A stretch of DNA of 64,000 nucleotides, from assembly GCA_965237405.1 (NCBI GenBank), contig OZ250139.1, positions 2,949,661 through 3,013,660 of the forward strand. Reading direction: 5' to 3'. The notes beneath the pieces are model-generated. The model did not search any database and was not told where the DNA came from. It saw only the letters and a list, made by a program, of their open reading frames with translations. Every line of letters starts with the position of its first letter. The stretch's first letter is position 1. Source of the stretch: Vicinamibacterales bacterium. Its GTDB lineage: Bacteria; Acidobacteriota; Vicinamibacteria; Vicinamibacterales; UBA8438. The translations under genes and the position numbers were made by a program. Shown one piece after another: positions 44,158 to 53,557 of this stretch.

Positions 44158-46167
44158 CTAAGGTAGGCTGAGCGCTATCCACTGTCCTGCAAGTTCCCGC
44201 CCACCGATCGGGACGACGATGTACTGCTTGTCTTCGTGCATGTATGTCATCGGGGCACCGGTGGTTCCCGCCTGGAGCTCAGTTTTCCAGATTACCTCGC
44301 CCGTCATCTTGTCGTAGGCGCGGAACCACGGTTCGCCGTAGTTGGTCACGATCTCGGGTGGCATGCCGTCGGGAACGCGGTCGCCGCCGCGGGTCGCGCC
44401 GATGTCTGTGCCTTCACCGATAAAGAGAAGTGTCTTTGTCAGCAACGGGCCGAGACGACCCGGACGACCAAGGCGACCAAGATCGAGATGTTTAATCGCA
44501 GGATGGTCACGCGGCCCGTCTCCGTTCGGCACCTGCCAGGCGATTTCCCCGGTGTTCATGTTGATCGCCGTGATGCGGCCGTATGGTGGTTTGAAGAGTG
44601 GAAGCCCGCGCGGGCCGCTTATCCATTGGCGGCGGCCTTTGACGTAGGCAAGGTTCGTCCGGTCCGGGTTTCCCTCGACGATATCGGCGACGAACGGTGA
44701 CGTGATCGATGGAATGTAGAGGTATCCGGTCTCGGGGTCGAACGCTCCACCCTGGACGTCGGCACCGCCCTGCGACCCGGGAAGCTGGATCGTACCCTGG
44801 TTGTCATTCGGGCCATCGCCTCGCACCGCCGGCGGGGTAAACAATGGTCCGATCGTGTACCGACTCACGATCTCAAGGGCTTCTTCTCGCAGCTCGGGAG
44901 TGAAATTGATCAGATTCTCGACAATTGCCCCTTGTCGGTCGAACGCCGGAGGCTTGGTTGGAAACGGCTGTGTGGCCGATGTCACCTCGCCGGGGGTCAA
45001 TGACTGCGGGACCGGACGCTCTTCGATTAGCCAGATCGGCTTACCGGTGACTCGGTCGAATGCGTAGGCGAAGGCCTGCTTGGTCAGTTGCACCACCGCC
45101 TTAATGTTGCGGCCGTCCACAGTGAGGTCCATAAGAATCGGCGCTGCCGGCATGTCGTAGTCCCAGAGCCCGTGATGGACGACCTGGTAATGCCAAACGC
45201 GCTCTCCCGTCTTCGCATCGACACAGACGAGCGATTGGGTGAAGAGATTGTCACCGGGACGATGTCCGCCATACATGTCGTTCGTTGACGAGGACGTCGG
45301 CATGTAGACGTAGCCGAGCTCGTCGTCGGCCGTAAACGGCGCCCAGACCGGCGCGTGGCCCGTGTACTCCCACGATCCGTCTTCCCAGGTGTCGGTCCCG
45401 AACTCCCCGGCTTGGGGGATCGTGTGGAACACCCAACGCAGCTCGCCCGTCTGCACGTCGAATGCGCGCACATCGCCGCGAATGTCCTCCTTGGTCACGA
45501 AGGTGTCTTCCATCGTCTGGCCGACTATGATGACGTCGCTGACGATAATCGGTGCACCGTACCAGCCATATCGTGCTCCTTCAGCCAGGCCGATTGTGAG
45601 ATCGACACGTCCACCTTCTCCGAAGTCAGGTATTAGGTCTCCAGTTGCCGCATTCAATGCGAAGAGCCATTTGCCGCGCTGCGCCATGATGCGCCGGTCG
45701 ATACCATCGGTCCAATACGCAACCCCGCGGGTCTGGACGCCGTAGTAAGCCGGTATCAATTTGGCCAGCTCAAGTGACTGACCGGTATCCAATGGTTGTT
45801 GTACCCAGATTGTTTCTCCGGTTTCCGCAGAAAATGCTTCGATTAACCCGAAACCATTCGGTGCATAAAGCACACCGCTGACCATCAGCGGTGTCGCGCG
45901 ATTAATGTGCCCGTAACTAAGACCTGGCACAGCATCGAGAATCGACTGGTCGACCGTTGGCCGCGTCCAGGCAATTTGGAGTTGACTCACGTTGTCGGCA
46001 CGGATTTGATCGAGCGATGAGTACTTCGTCGTTCCGTTGTCGGCGCCGTGGACATGCCACTCGCCGTCGACAGCACCGTGCTGTGCCATGGCGGGAGACG
46101 CGACCAGCGCCGTCCATACGACAAACATGACTACGCCGAAACCGTCGATCCTCTCTCGATGTGACAT
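44158..46167 (-). CDS. PQQ-dependent dehydrogenase (glucose/quinate-type soluble propeller), secreted
   Basis: Signal peptide. GEWHVHGADNGTTKYSSLDQIRADNVSQLQIAW and HHGLWDYDM. 669 aa. Confidence 0.75.
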   Translation of the reverse strand: MSHRERIDGFGVVMFVVWTALVASPAMAQHGAVDGEWHVHGADNGTTKYSSLDQIRADNVSQLQIAWTRPTVDQSILDAVPGLSYGHINRATPLMVSGVLYAPNGFGLIEAFSAETGETIWVQQPLDTGQSLELAKLIPAYYGVQTRGVAYWTDGIDRRIMAQRGKWLFALNAATGDLIPDFGEGGRVDLTIGLAEGARYGWYGAPIIVSDVIIVGQTMEDTFVTKEDIRGDVRAFDVQTGELRWVFHTIPQAGEFGTDTWEDGSWEYTGHAPVWAPFTADDELGYVYMPTSSSTNDMYGGHRPGDNLFTQSLVCVDAKTGERVWHYQVVHHGLWDYDMPAAPILMDLTVDGRNIKAVVQLTKQAFAYAFDRVTGKPIWLIEERPVPQSLTPGEVTSATQPFPTKPPAFDRQGAIVENLINFTPELREEALEIVSRYTIGPLFTPPAVRGDGPNDNQGTIQLPGSQGGADVQGGAFDPETGYLYIPSITSPFVADIVEGNPDRTNLAYVKGRRQWISGPRGLPLFKPPYGRITAINMNTGEIAWQVPNGDGPRDHPAIKHLDLGRLGRPGRLGPLLTKTLLFIGEGTDIGATRGGDRVPDGMPPEIVTNYGEPWFRAYDKMTGEVIWKTELQAGTTGAPMTYMHEDKQYIVVPIGGRELAGQWIALSLP

Positions 46168-46320
46168 CCGTCTTCTCGGTCGTAGGGGAGGAGTGGCGCA
46201 TTGTAGCAGGCTGGATCGACGCTTGACGGAAGGGACCCTAACCGGTAGGCTCCCAACCGCCTACCTTAGCTGGCCTTGGCACCGGACGCTGCTGGACGTT
46301 CCGGGTTTGGGAGTCTCGAA

Positions 46321-48129
46321 ATGCATCGACCGTTTTTTCTTGCACGATTTGTTTGGATTGCCACGATTGTGTTCCTGGTTTCAGGAACGCCTGCGCCGAG
46401 CACCCTACAGGCACAGCCGTCGTCCGACTTTATTCCGGTTACGGACGCAATGCTCCAAGATCCGGCGCCTGGCGACTGGCTGACGTGGCGTCGCACGCTT
46501 GACGGGTGGGGCTACAGCCCGCTCGACCAGATCGACCGTGACAACGTTGGCGCGCTACGTATGGTCTGGTCACGGGCACTGGCGGGGGGTAGAGGGACCC
46601 CGTTGGCCTACGGCGGCGTCCTGTATGTGCCACAGACGAGCGATGTCATTTCAGCGCTCGATGCCGTGACGGGTGACCTGAAGTGGGAATATCGCCGTGA
46701 CCTTCCGGATGATGTCTACGAGTACGTGGGCGGCAATGCCCGTAACAGTCGGAATATCGCAATTTACGATCAGTTCATCATCAACACCAGCGATGATACT
46801 TACGTGTTTGGGCTCGACGCCACGACCGGAAAGATCGCCTGGGAGACGAAGATCTTCGACTACCAAGTGACGCCGGCTGGGCATAGTTCGGGTCCAATCA
46901 TTGCCGATGGCAAGGTGATATCAGGCCGGAGCTGCCGCCCACGCGGTGGTCCCGAGTCATGCGTTATTGTGGCTCACGATGCAAGCACTGGTACAGAGCT
47001 GTGGCGTACGTCGACCGTTGCTCGACCGAGTGAGCCAGGCGACGAGACCTGGGGCGGTGTACCGTTCGAGAAACGGGTGCATGTCGGCAGCTGGATGCCG
47101 GCAAGCTATGACCCCGACCTGCGGTTAATTTACCAAGGCACCTCGGTTACCTCGCCGGCGCCAAAGTTCTTGCTCGGGGGGGCTGAAAACACCCACCTAT
47201 ATCACAACTGTACGTTGGCTCTGGACGTCGACACTGGCGAGATCCGGTGGTATTACCAGCACCTGAACGACCACTGGGATCTTGATCATCCGTTCGAGCG
47301 TCTCCTCCTTGACACGGCCGTTGCCCCAAATCCCGATGCCGTAAGCTGGATCAACCCACGGATCCAACCCGGTGAGGTTAGGAAGGTGATGACCGGTATT
47401 CCTGGGAAGACCGGCATCGTCTATACCCTGGACCGCGAAACGGGCGAGTTTCTGTGGGCGACTCCGACCATCACACAGAACGTAATTAGTCATATCGACG
47501 GTGCAACAGGCACCGTGACCGAGAACGCGGAGTTGGTCTTTTCCGCGTATGGTCAGGAAGTCTTGGCGTGTCCTACTTGGGCCGGAGGGAAGGACTGGGA
47601 AGCCGGCGCGTACAGCCCCTTGACGAACACGATGTACTTTCCGCTACGGAACACCTGTGCGCGCATGTTCGCCACGGGGACTCCCGATGGTGAGCGGGAG
47701 CGAGCCCTCACGGCTGGTGGTCAGGGGGTCCTTGAAATTTATTCACTCGCCGCCCGCCACCAGATCACACCCGGGACCGACCAGCTCGGGACCGTGCACG
47801 CGATCTCGGCCGAAACAGGCGAAACAACATGGCTTCATGAACAGCGGGCGGCGACCGTGTCATTGGTGGCAACCGGCGGCGGGCTTGTCTTCGGTGGCGA
47901 TGTGAACGGGCGGTTTAAGGCCTTCGACCAAGAGACGGGCGAGGTGCTGTGGGAGATCAACCTCGGTTCACCCGTTACGGGTTATCCGGTTAGCTTCGGC
48001 GTTGACGGACGGCAGTACGTGGCCGTTAGCACCGGCGGTGGCGGAGGGATCAATCTCCGCATGACGCCCGAGCTCCGCCCGAGTTCTGGGAGCAACCTGT
48101 TTGTGTTCGCTTTGCCAGATCGAGACTGA
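46321..48129 (+). CDS. PQQ-dependent dehydrogenase-type beta-propeller, paralogue 2 of 28553-30388
   Basis: The start is moved to MHRPFFLARFVWIATIVFLVSG. VTDAMLQDPAPGDWLTWRRTLDGWGYSPLDQIDRDNVGALRMVW. The C-terminus LFVFALPDRD compares with LFVFGLPDRD in paralogue 1. Confidence 0.8.
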   Translation: MHRPFFLARFVWIATIVFLVSGTPAPSTLQAQPSSDFIPVTDAMLQDPAPGDWLTWRRTLDGWGYSPLDQIDRDNVGALRMVWSRALAGGRGTPLAYGGVLYVPQTSDVISALDAVTGDLKWEYRRDLPDDVYEYVGGNARNSRNIAIYDQFIINTSDDTYVFGLDATTGKIAWETKIFDYQVTPAGHSSGPIIADGKVISGRSCRPRGGPESCVIVAHDASTGTELWRTSTVARPSEPGDETWGGVPFEKRVHVGSWMPASYDPDLRLIYQGTSVTSPAPKFLLGGAENTHLYHNCTLALDVDTGEIRWYYQHLNDHWDLDHPFERLLLDTAVAPNPDAVSWINPRIQPGEVRKVMTGIPGKTGIVYTLDRETGEFLWATPTITQNVISHIDGATGTVTENAELVFSAYGQEVLACPTWAGGKDWEAGAYSPLTNTMYFPLRNTCARMFATGTPDGERERALTAGGQGVLEIYSLAARHQITPGTDQLGTVHAISAETGETTWLHEQRAATVSLVATGGGLVFGGDVNGRFKAFDQETGEVLWEINLGSPVTGYPVSFGVDGRQYVAVSTGGGGGINLRMTPELRPSSGSNLFVFALPDRD

Positions 48130-48232
48130 CTGATAGAGTTTGGGACAGTCGTATTCCTTCAACGCGGCTATTCCGCCGCTGATGGATTTCCAGATTAGTT
48201 GAATGAATTAACGCTACAAAAATTACAGAATC

Positions 48233-49531
48233 GTGAACCAATTAAAGAGAGTTTGCTTCTTAGTGTGCCTGTTATCGCTGGTGTGTACTGCAGTCAGTGC
48301 ACAGTCGGAAAGACCGAAAAATGAAGCGATCCGTGTCTTTGTGGACTGCGACCGATGCGACAGTCGCTATCTTCGCACTGAGATCAGGTTCATTAACCAC
48401 GTCAGAGATCGGTTGGACTCGCAGGTGCACGTACTTGTTACGCGGGAACGGAGCGGTGGTGGCGGCAGAGTCTGGACGCTCGATTTTTTCGGACGCGAAG
48501 AATTTGAGGGAATGGATGAACAGCTAGTGTTCTACACGACATCAGATGACACTGACGATATAGAGCGTAGCGTCCTAGTACAGACACTCCGCCTTGGGCT
48601 TGTCCGCTATGTGGCCCGAACACCGCTTGGCCGGCAGGTGCAAGTCTCGGTGCTACCGAACGATTCCCTGAGTGGGTCGACTGTTGCTGTTAATGGTCAA
48701 GCACAAGACGATCCATGGAATTATTGGGTCTTCCGCACGCGCTTCAGCATGTACTCGGCCGCGGAAGAGCGTGAACAAATTAGCGTATACAGAGGGTCGA
48801 TTTCGGCATATCGTACTACCGAAATATGGAAGGTCCGAGTGAGCGTCTACGGAGACTACCGGGAGGAGACCTTCAAGCTGAACGACTCAACGTTCACGAA
48901 TATTCAGCAAAATAGCGCCATCGACACGCGTGTCATTAAGAGTCTCGGCGATCATATGGGTGTAGGGCTCGGCGGTTCGCTTATTTCCTCAACATATAGG
49001 AATCAGGATCTTACCTATCGTGTCGCGCCGGCTATTGAATACAATTTTTTCCCCTACGCCGAGTCGACGCGCCGCCAGTTCACCGTGAGCTACTCAGCGG
49101 GGTACAACTCCTTCGGGTACGAGAGCATAACGATCTTCGATAAGCTGAACGAGAATCGAGGGAACCACGCCGTTCAGACTTCTTTCGATATAAAGGAGCC
49201 CTGGGGCGAGAGTGACATTTCCGTTGAGTTCTCTCAGTTTCTTGACAAGCCAGAGCAGAAGCGTTTCGTGTTGCACGGGGAATTGGAGGTTCGACTATTT
49301 CGCGGATTGTCTCTCAATTTGCATGGGGCAAGCTCACTCATTCATGATCAGATCTACCTGCCACGGGTTTACCCAACGGATCAACAAATTCTAGTGCGGC
49401 AACGACAGCTACCCACCGATTACGAATGGCAGATATCGGTCGGGCTTGTTTACTCGTTCGGCTCGATCTACAACAACGTCGTGAACTCAAGATTCGCGGG
49501 GTCGGCTGGGGGCTTCACGCGGGCGTTCTAA
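48233..49531 (+). CDS. putative outer-membrane beta-barrel protein (unknown family), low-GC gene
   Basis: Signal peptide (CLLSLVCTAVSAQ), alternating amphipathic stretches rich in Y/S/T/N, and a C-terminal ...GGFTRAF (terminal Phe). Local GC is about 50%, against about 63% in the flanks. Confidence 0.5.
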   Translation: MNQLKRVCFLVCLLSLVCTAVSAQSERPKNEAIRVFVDCDRCDSRYLRTEIRFINHVRDRLDSQVHVLVTRERSGGGGRVWTLDFFGREEFEGMDEQLVFYTTSDDTDDIERSVLVQTLRLGLVRYVARTPLGRQVQVSVLPNDSLSGSTVAVNGQAQDDPWNYWVFRTRFSMYSAAEEREQISVYRGSISAYRTTEIWKVRVSVYGDYREETFKLNDSTFTNIQQNSAIDTRVIKSLGDHMGVGLGGSLISSTYRNQDLTYRVAPAIEYNFFPYAESTRRQFTVSYSAGYNSFGYESITIFDKLNENRGNHAVQTSFDIKEPWGESDISVEFSQFLDKPEQKRFVLHGELEVRLFRGLSLNLHGASSLIHDQIYLPRVYPTDQQILVRQRQLPTDYEWQISVGLVYSFGSIYNNVVNSRFAGSAGGFTRAF

Positions 49532-49553
49532 TCACGCCGCTGGAGTTTTTTGG

Positions 49554-50594
49554 ATGCGCATTCAACCAATCACGCATCACGGATACGTGTCGTTCCGAGA
49601 CGACGACAGAATCTCGCACTTCACCTTGGATTCCACGACTGCCCAACTCGAATGGCGGGAGGACGTTCTGGTTGAAGGTGGTCCGGCGCCGCTTGCCATC
49701 AACCCCCGCAAGGAAGTGCTGTATGTCGGCAGGAGAGACAGTCAGGAGATCGCTAGCTACCGGATTGATGCGCGTACGGGTCGAATCTCTCTCATCGGGG
49801 CGGCACCTCTGCAGGGGGAGCCGGTTTACGTAGGGACCGACCGAACAGGCAGGTTTGTGCTCTCCGCCTATTACTATCAGAGCACGGCGGCGGTTCATGC
49901 GGTCGGTCGCGACGGTGTTGTCACGCTTCCGCCTGTCGAGTGGCGGTATACGGGCGCTGGAGCGCATGCGATTCTCACGGACCGATCCAACCGGTTTGCG
50001 TTCGTGCCGCACATTGCCAACAGAGGTCCGAACGCGATTTTTCAGTTTCGATTTAACGAAAACACCGGGCATCTCACGCCGAACGATCCGCCCAGGTACG
50101 ATCCACCCGAGTACCTGGGGCCGAGGGCTCTCTGCTTCCACCCCACGCTAGATGTTGTCTACTTTTCGGACGAACAGGGCAGTAGCGTGTCGGCGTACGA
50201 CCTGGATTTGTCAGCAGGCACTCTCTCACCGCTCCAAACGATTTCGACGCTGCCTGAGGGGTTCAGCGGGGACAATACCTGTTCGCAGATTCAAATCACG
50301 CCCTCTGGGCGGTTCCTGTATGCGCCGAACCGGGGGCACAACAGTGTGGCCAGTTTTTCGGTCGACCCTGCCACGGGCCGGCTGACCGCAACCGGCCGGG
50401 TGTCGACCGAGCCAATCCCAAGGGTTTTTAGCCTTGATCTGGAAGGTCGGCTTCTCGTCGTGGCGGGCCAAGAATCCGGCCGCCTCGCGACCTACCGGGT
50501 GCATGATGAAACCGGTGTGCTGACACCCCTCGAGACCTACGAAGGTGGCAATAATCCCATGTGGGTGTTAATGACCACGCTCGCCACGTTGTAG
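49554..50594 (+). CDS. lactonase-family 7-bladed beta-propeller (6-phosphogluconolactonase-like)
   Basis: 346 aa. LYVGRRDSQEIASYRID..TGRISLI, RFVLSAYYYQSTAAVH, VYFSDEQGSSVSAYDLD and RFLYAPNRGHNSVASFSVD are typical repeated blade motifs. Confidence 0.7.
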   Translation: MRIQPITHHGYVSFRDDDRISHFTLDSTTAQLEWREDVLVEGGPAPLAINPRKEVLYVGRRDSQEIASYRIDARTGRISLIGAAPLQGEPVYVGTDRTGRFVLSAYYYQSTAAVHAVGRDGVVTLPPVEWRYTGAGAHAILTDRSNRFAFVPHIANRGPNAIFQFRFNENTGHLTPNDPPRYDPPEYLGPRALCFHPTLDVVYFSDEQGSSVSAYDLDLSAGTLSPLQTISTLPEGFSGDNTCSQIQITPSGRFLYAPNRGHNSVASFSVDPATGRLTATGRVSTEPIPRVFSLDLEGRLLVVAGQESGRLATYRVHDETGVLTPLETYEGGNNPMWVLMTTLATL

Positions 50595-50630
50595 GTGGTG
50601 CGAGGCTTAACACTGTCCTATTATTAAGGA

Positions 50631-53405
50631 GTGGCACCGATCCGCTTCGCCGCCGCCGGTTCGATCGCGCTTCTCCTGAACACCGCCTATCTCGTTGCTT
50701 TCCCGACCGCTTCGCTCTGGTATTTCGCAAACGTCCTATTGCATCCGCTGCTTGGGGTGGCGGTTGTCGTCGCCCTCGCGATCGAAGCACGACGTCACCC
50801 GTGGAAGGTCAGCCCGCTCGTGAGAGCAAGCATTGCGAGCTGCGGTGTCGGCCTGGTCGCGGCGTTAGGCATTCTGGTCGTTGGGGCGACGAGCGCCATG
50901 CGCCCGCTCGTCTATACCCACGTCGTGGCCGCTCTCACCGGCGTGCTCCTTATTGGGGTGTACCTCTGGCGCCTCGCGCGAGGATGGCCATCGGTCGGTG
51001 CGGTACGTGTGTCGCTCGTCATGATGGCCCTGACGCTTGCCGTTGCCCCTTGGGTGAGGTCATGGCACGAGTCGGCCTGGCGCGAGACGTATCGCGTGGC
51101 GAACCCGACCGACGTGCCGCTGAATATGGGCGAGGAGGGAGCTGGAGCCGCGAGTCCTTTCTTTCCGTCGTCCTCCAACACGACGACCGGCGACCTCATT
51201 CCGGCCAACTTCTTTCTGACCAGCGAAATGTGCGGCCGGTGTCATTCGGACATCTATGATCAGTGGAACTCGTCCGTCCATCACTTTTCTTCCTTCAACA
51301 ACCAGTGGTATCGCAAGTCCATCGAGTACATGCAGGACGTCGTTGGCACGCAGCCGTCGAAATGGTGTGCCGGGTGCCACGATCACGCTGTCTTCTTTAA
51401 TGGCCGGTTTGACCGGCCGATACGCGAGCAAATTGACACGCCCGAGGCGCAAGCCGGGCTTAGTTGCACGTCGTGTCACTCCATCGTTCACGTGGGGAGC
51501 ACGATGGGGCAGGGTGACTTCGTCATCGAATACCCACCGCTCCACGACCTCGCGACGAGCGACAATCCGATTCTTGCGTGGATGCACGACCGGCTGGCCT
51601 ATCTGTCCCCCGAACCGCACCGCCGCACCTTCCTTAAGCCGTTTCATCGAGAGCGAAGTGAAGAGTTTTGCTCGACCTGTCACAAGGTGCACCTCGATCA
51701 ACCTGTCAATCATTACCGCTGGATCCGCGGGTTTAACGCGTACGACAACTGGCAGGCGTCTGGCGTGTCGGGCCAAGGCGCTCGGTCGTTCTACTACCCA
51801 CCGGAACCACAAACGTGCAACGACTGCCATATGCCGCTCGTTCCGTCGGATGATCCTGCCGCCACGAATGGAGCCGTCCGGTCGCACCGCTTCGCCACGG
51901 CCAACACGGCGTTGCCGTTCGTCAACGGCGACACCGACCAACTGCAGGCCGTACAGGACTTCCTGCGCGCTCGCCAGATCTCGGTCGACGTGTTCGGCAT
52001 CGCGAGGGTCGATGAGGTGACCTCACCGGGGCGTTCAACCGCATCGGGTGGTACTCCGACGCTTTCGAGTACGTTCGCAATTGGTGAGGAATCGGCTGGG
52101 TTCGGGGGAGGTGCGGCGGCGACGGCACCGCCAGCCGATGTCGTCGCACCGCTCGACGTTGTTCCGGTCGCCGTGCGCCGTGGCGAGTCGGTGCGTGTCG
52201 AAGTGGTTGTCCGCACACTCAACGTTGGACATTTCTTTCCTGGGGGGACCGTCGATGCGTTCGATGTCTGGGTCGAGCTCGAAGCGGTCGACGAGAACGG
52301 TCAGGTTCTCTTGCATAGCGGAGTCGTTGAGGACGAAGGTCGCGGTCCGGTGGACCCGGCAGCGCACTTCTACGGCAGCTTTCAGTTAGACGGGCACGGC
52401 AACCCGATCAACAAGCGCAACGCTTGGATGACTCGGTCGGTGGCTTATGTGCGGCTCGTCCCACCCGGCGCGGCCGACACTGTGCACTATCGGTTGCAGG
52501 TTCCGGAGGATGCCGGCGACCGCATCTTACTGCGCGCGAAGGTACACTACCGCAAGTTCGACTGGTGGTATACACAGTGGGCTTACGCGGGTGTGCGCGA
52601 CCAGGCGGAGCCGACTCCTACCGTTAACGCCGCTTACGACGACGGCTCGTGGGTGTTTACCGGCGACACATCGACCGTTTCCGGTCCCCTAAAAGAGATT
52701 CCAAATCTGCCGATCACCGTCATGGCTAAAGCTGAGGCGTCACTCGTCGTCGTCGATGCAGACGCGCCGCTGCCACCTGACCCATCACCGGAGGGTGCAT
52801 CATCGGCCGTTCGCGGGCGCTGGAACGATTACGGGATCGGTCTCCTGTTGCAGGGGGATCTGCGGGGTGCCGCGAATGCGTTTCGTCGCGTGATGGAGAT
52901 CGAACCGGCATATCCAGACGGGCCCGTCAACCTGGCGCGGGTTCTCCTTCGCGAGGGTGACATCGAGCAGGCGATTCCGCTGCTCGAAGCGGCGCTTGAG
53001 ATGGCGCCGGATCTGGCGCGGGCGCATGTCTTCCTGGGGATGGCGCTCAGGACGATCGGACGATACGACGAGGCGCTCGAACATCTGGAAGCGGCGAGGG
53101 CCCAATACCCCCGCGATCGGGTAGTGCTTGGTGAACTGGGTCGTATTCACTTCCTCGAGCGACGCTTTAACCAAGCCATCGCGACCTTCGCCGACGTCCT
53201 GCGAATTGATCCCGAGGATCTCCAGGCGCACTACAACCTGATGCTGGCCTACCGCGGATTGGGCGACCTCGATCAGGCGGCGCGTGAGCAGGTGCTCTAT
53301 GAGCGGTTCAAGGCAGACGAATCAGCGCAGGCAATTGCAGGACCGTTCCTGCTCCGCTTCCCAGAAGTTAACAACGAGCGCCAATCGATCCACGAACACC
53401 GGTAG
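50631..53405 (+). CDS. membrane-anchored pentahaem c-type cytochrome with C-terminal TPR domain
   Basis: About five N-terminal hydrophobic segments. There are five CxxCH sites (CGRCH, CAGCH, CTSCH, CSTCH, CNDCH) and C-terminal TPR repeats (RVMEIEPAY..., ALEMAPDLARAH..., VLRIDPEDLQAHYNL...). The GTG start is provisional. Confidence 0.8.
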   Translation: MAPIRFAAAGSIALLLNTAYLVAFPTASLWYFANVLLHPLLGVAVVVALAIEARRHPWKVSPLVRASIASCGVGLVAALGILVVGATSAMRPLVYTHVVAALTGVLLIGVYLWRLARGWPSVGAVRVSLVMMALTLAVAPWVRSWHESAWRETYRVANPTDVPLNMGEEGAGAASPFFPSSSNTTTGDLIPANFFLTSEMCGRCHSDIYDQWNSSVHHFSSFNNQWYRKSIEYMQDVVGTQPSKWCAGCHDHAVFFNGRFDRPIREQIDTPEAQAGLSCTSCHSIVHVGSTMGQGDFVIEYPPLHDLATSDNPILAWMHDRLAYLSPEPHRRTFLKPFHRERSEEFCSTCHKVHLDQPVNHYRWIRGFNAYDNWQASGVSGQGARSFYYPPEPQTCNDCHMPLVPSDDPAATNGAVRSHRFATANTALPFVNGDTDQLQAVQDFLRARQISVDVFGIARVDEVTSPGRSTASGGTPTLSSTFAIGEESAGFGGGAAATAPPADVVAPLDVVPVAVRRGESVRVEVVVRTLNVGHFFPGGTVDAFDVWVELEAVDENGQVLLHSGVVEDEGRGPVDPAAHFYGSFQLDGHGNPINKRNAWMTRSVAYVRLVPPGAADTVHYRLQVPEDAGDRILLRAKVHYRKFDWWYTQWAYAGVRDQAEPTPTVNAAYDDGSWVFTGDTSTVSGPLKEIPNLPITVMAKAEASLVVVDADAPLPPDPSPEGASSAVRGRWNDYGIGLLLQGDLRGAANAFRRVMEIEPAYPDGPVNLARVLLREGDIEQAIPLLEAALEMAPDLARAHVFLGMALRTIGRYDEALEHLEAARAQYPRDRVVLGELGRIHFLERRFNQAIATFADVLRIDPEDLQAHYNLMLAYRGLGDLDQAAREQVLYERFKADESAQAIAGPFLLRFPEVNNERQSIHEHR

Positions 53406-53557
53406 CGGTGGCGTCGCTCATCGGTTTAGATGATTCCTACATCTTTTGCGCTTCGTGCGCTGCGCATCGGCGGCATAGGGCCACTTCGGTGTTGAGGTCT
53501 GTCGTGCTCAAGACGTTAGTTCGGAACCACGAAATCCGTGCTGTAGACTAGGAGAAA

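Noticed and set aside
50561-51259. 232-aa plus-strand ORF overlapping the start of the pentahaem-TPR gene in another frame
   Set aside because: Its composition is extremely Arg-rich, and the alternative frame encodes coherent transmembrane helices contiguous with the haem domain.
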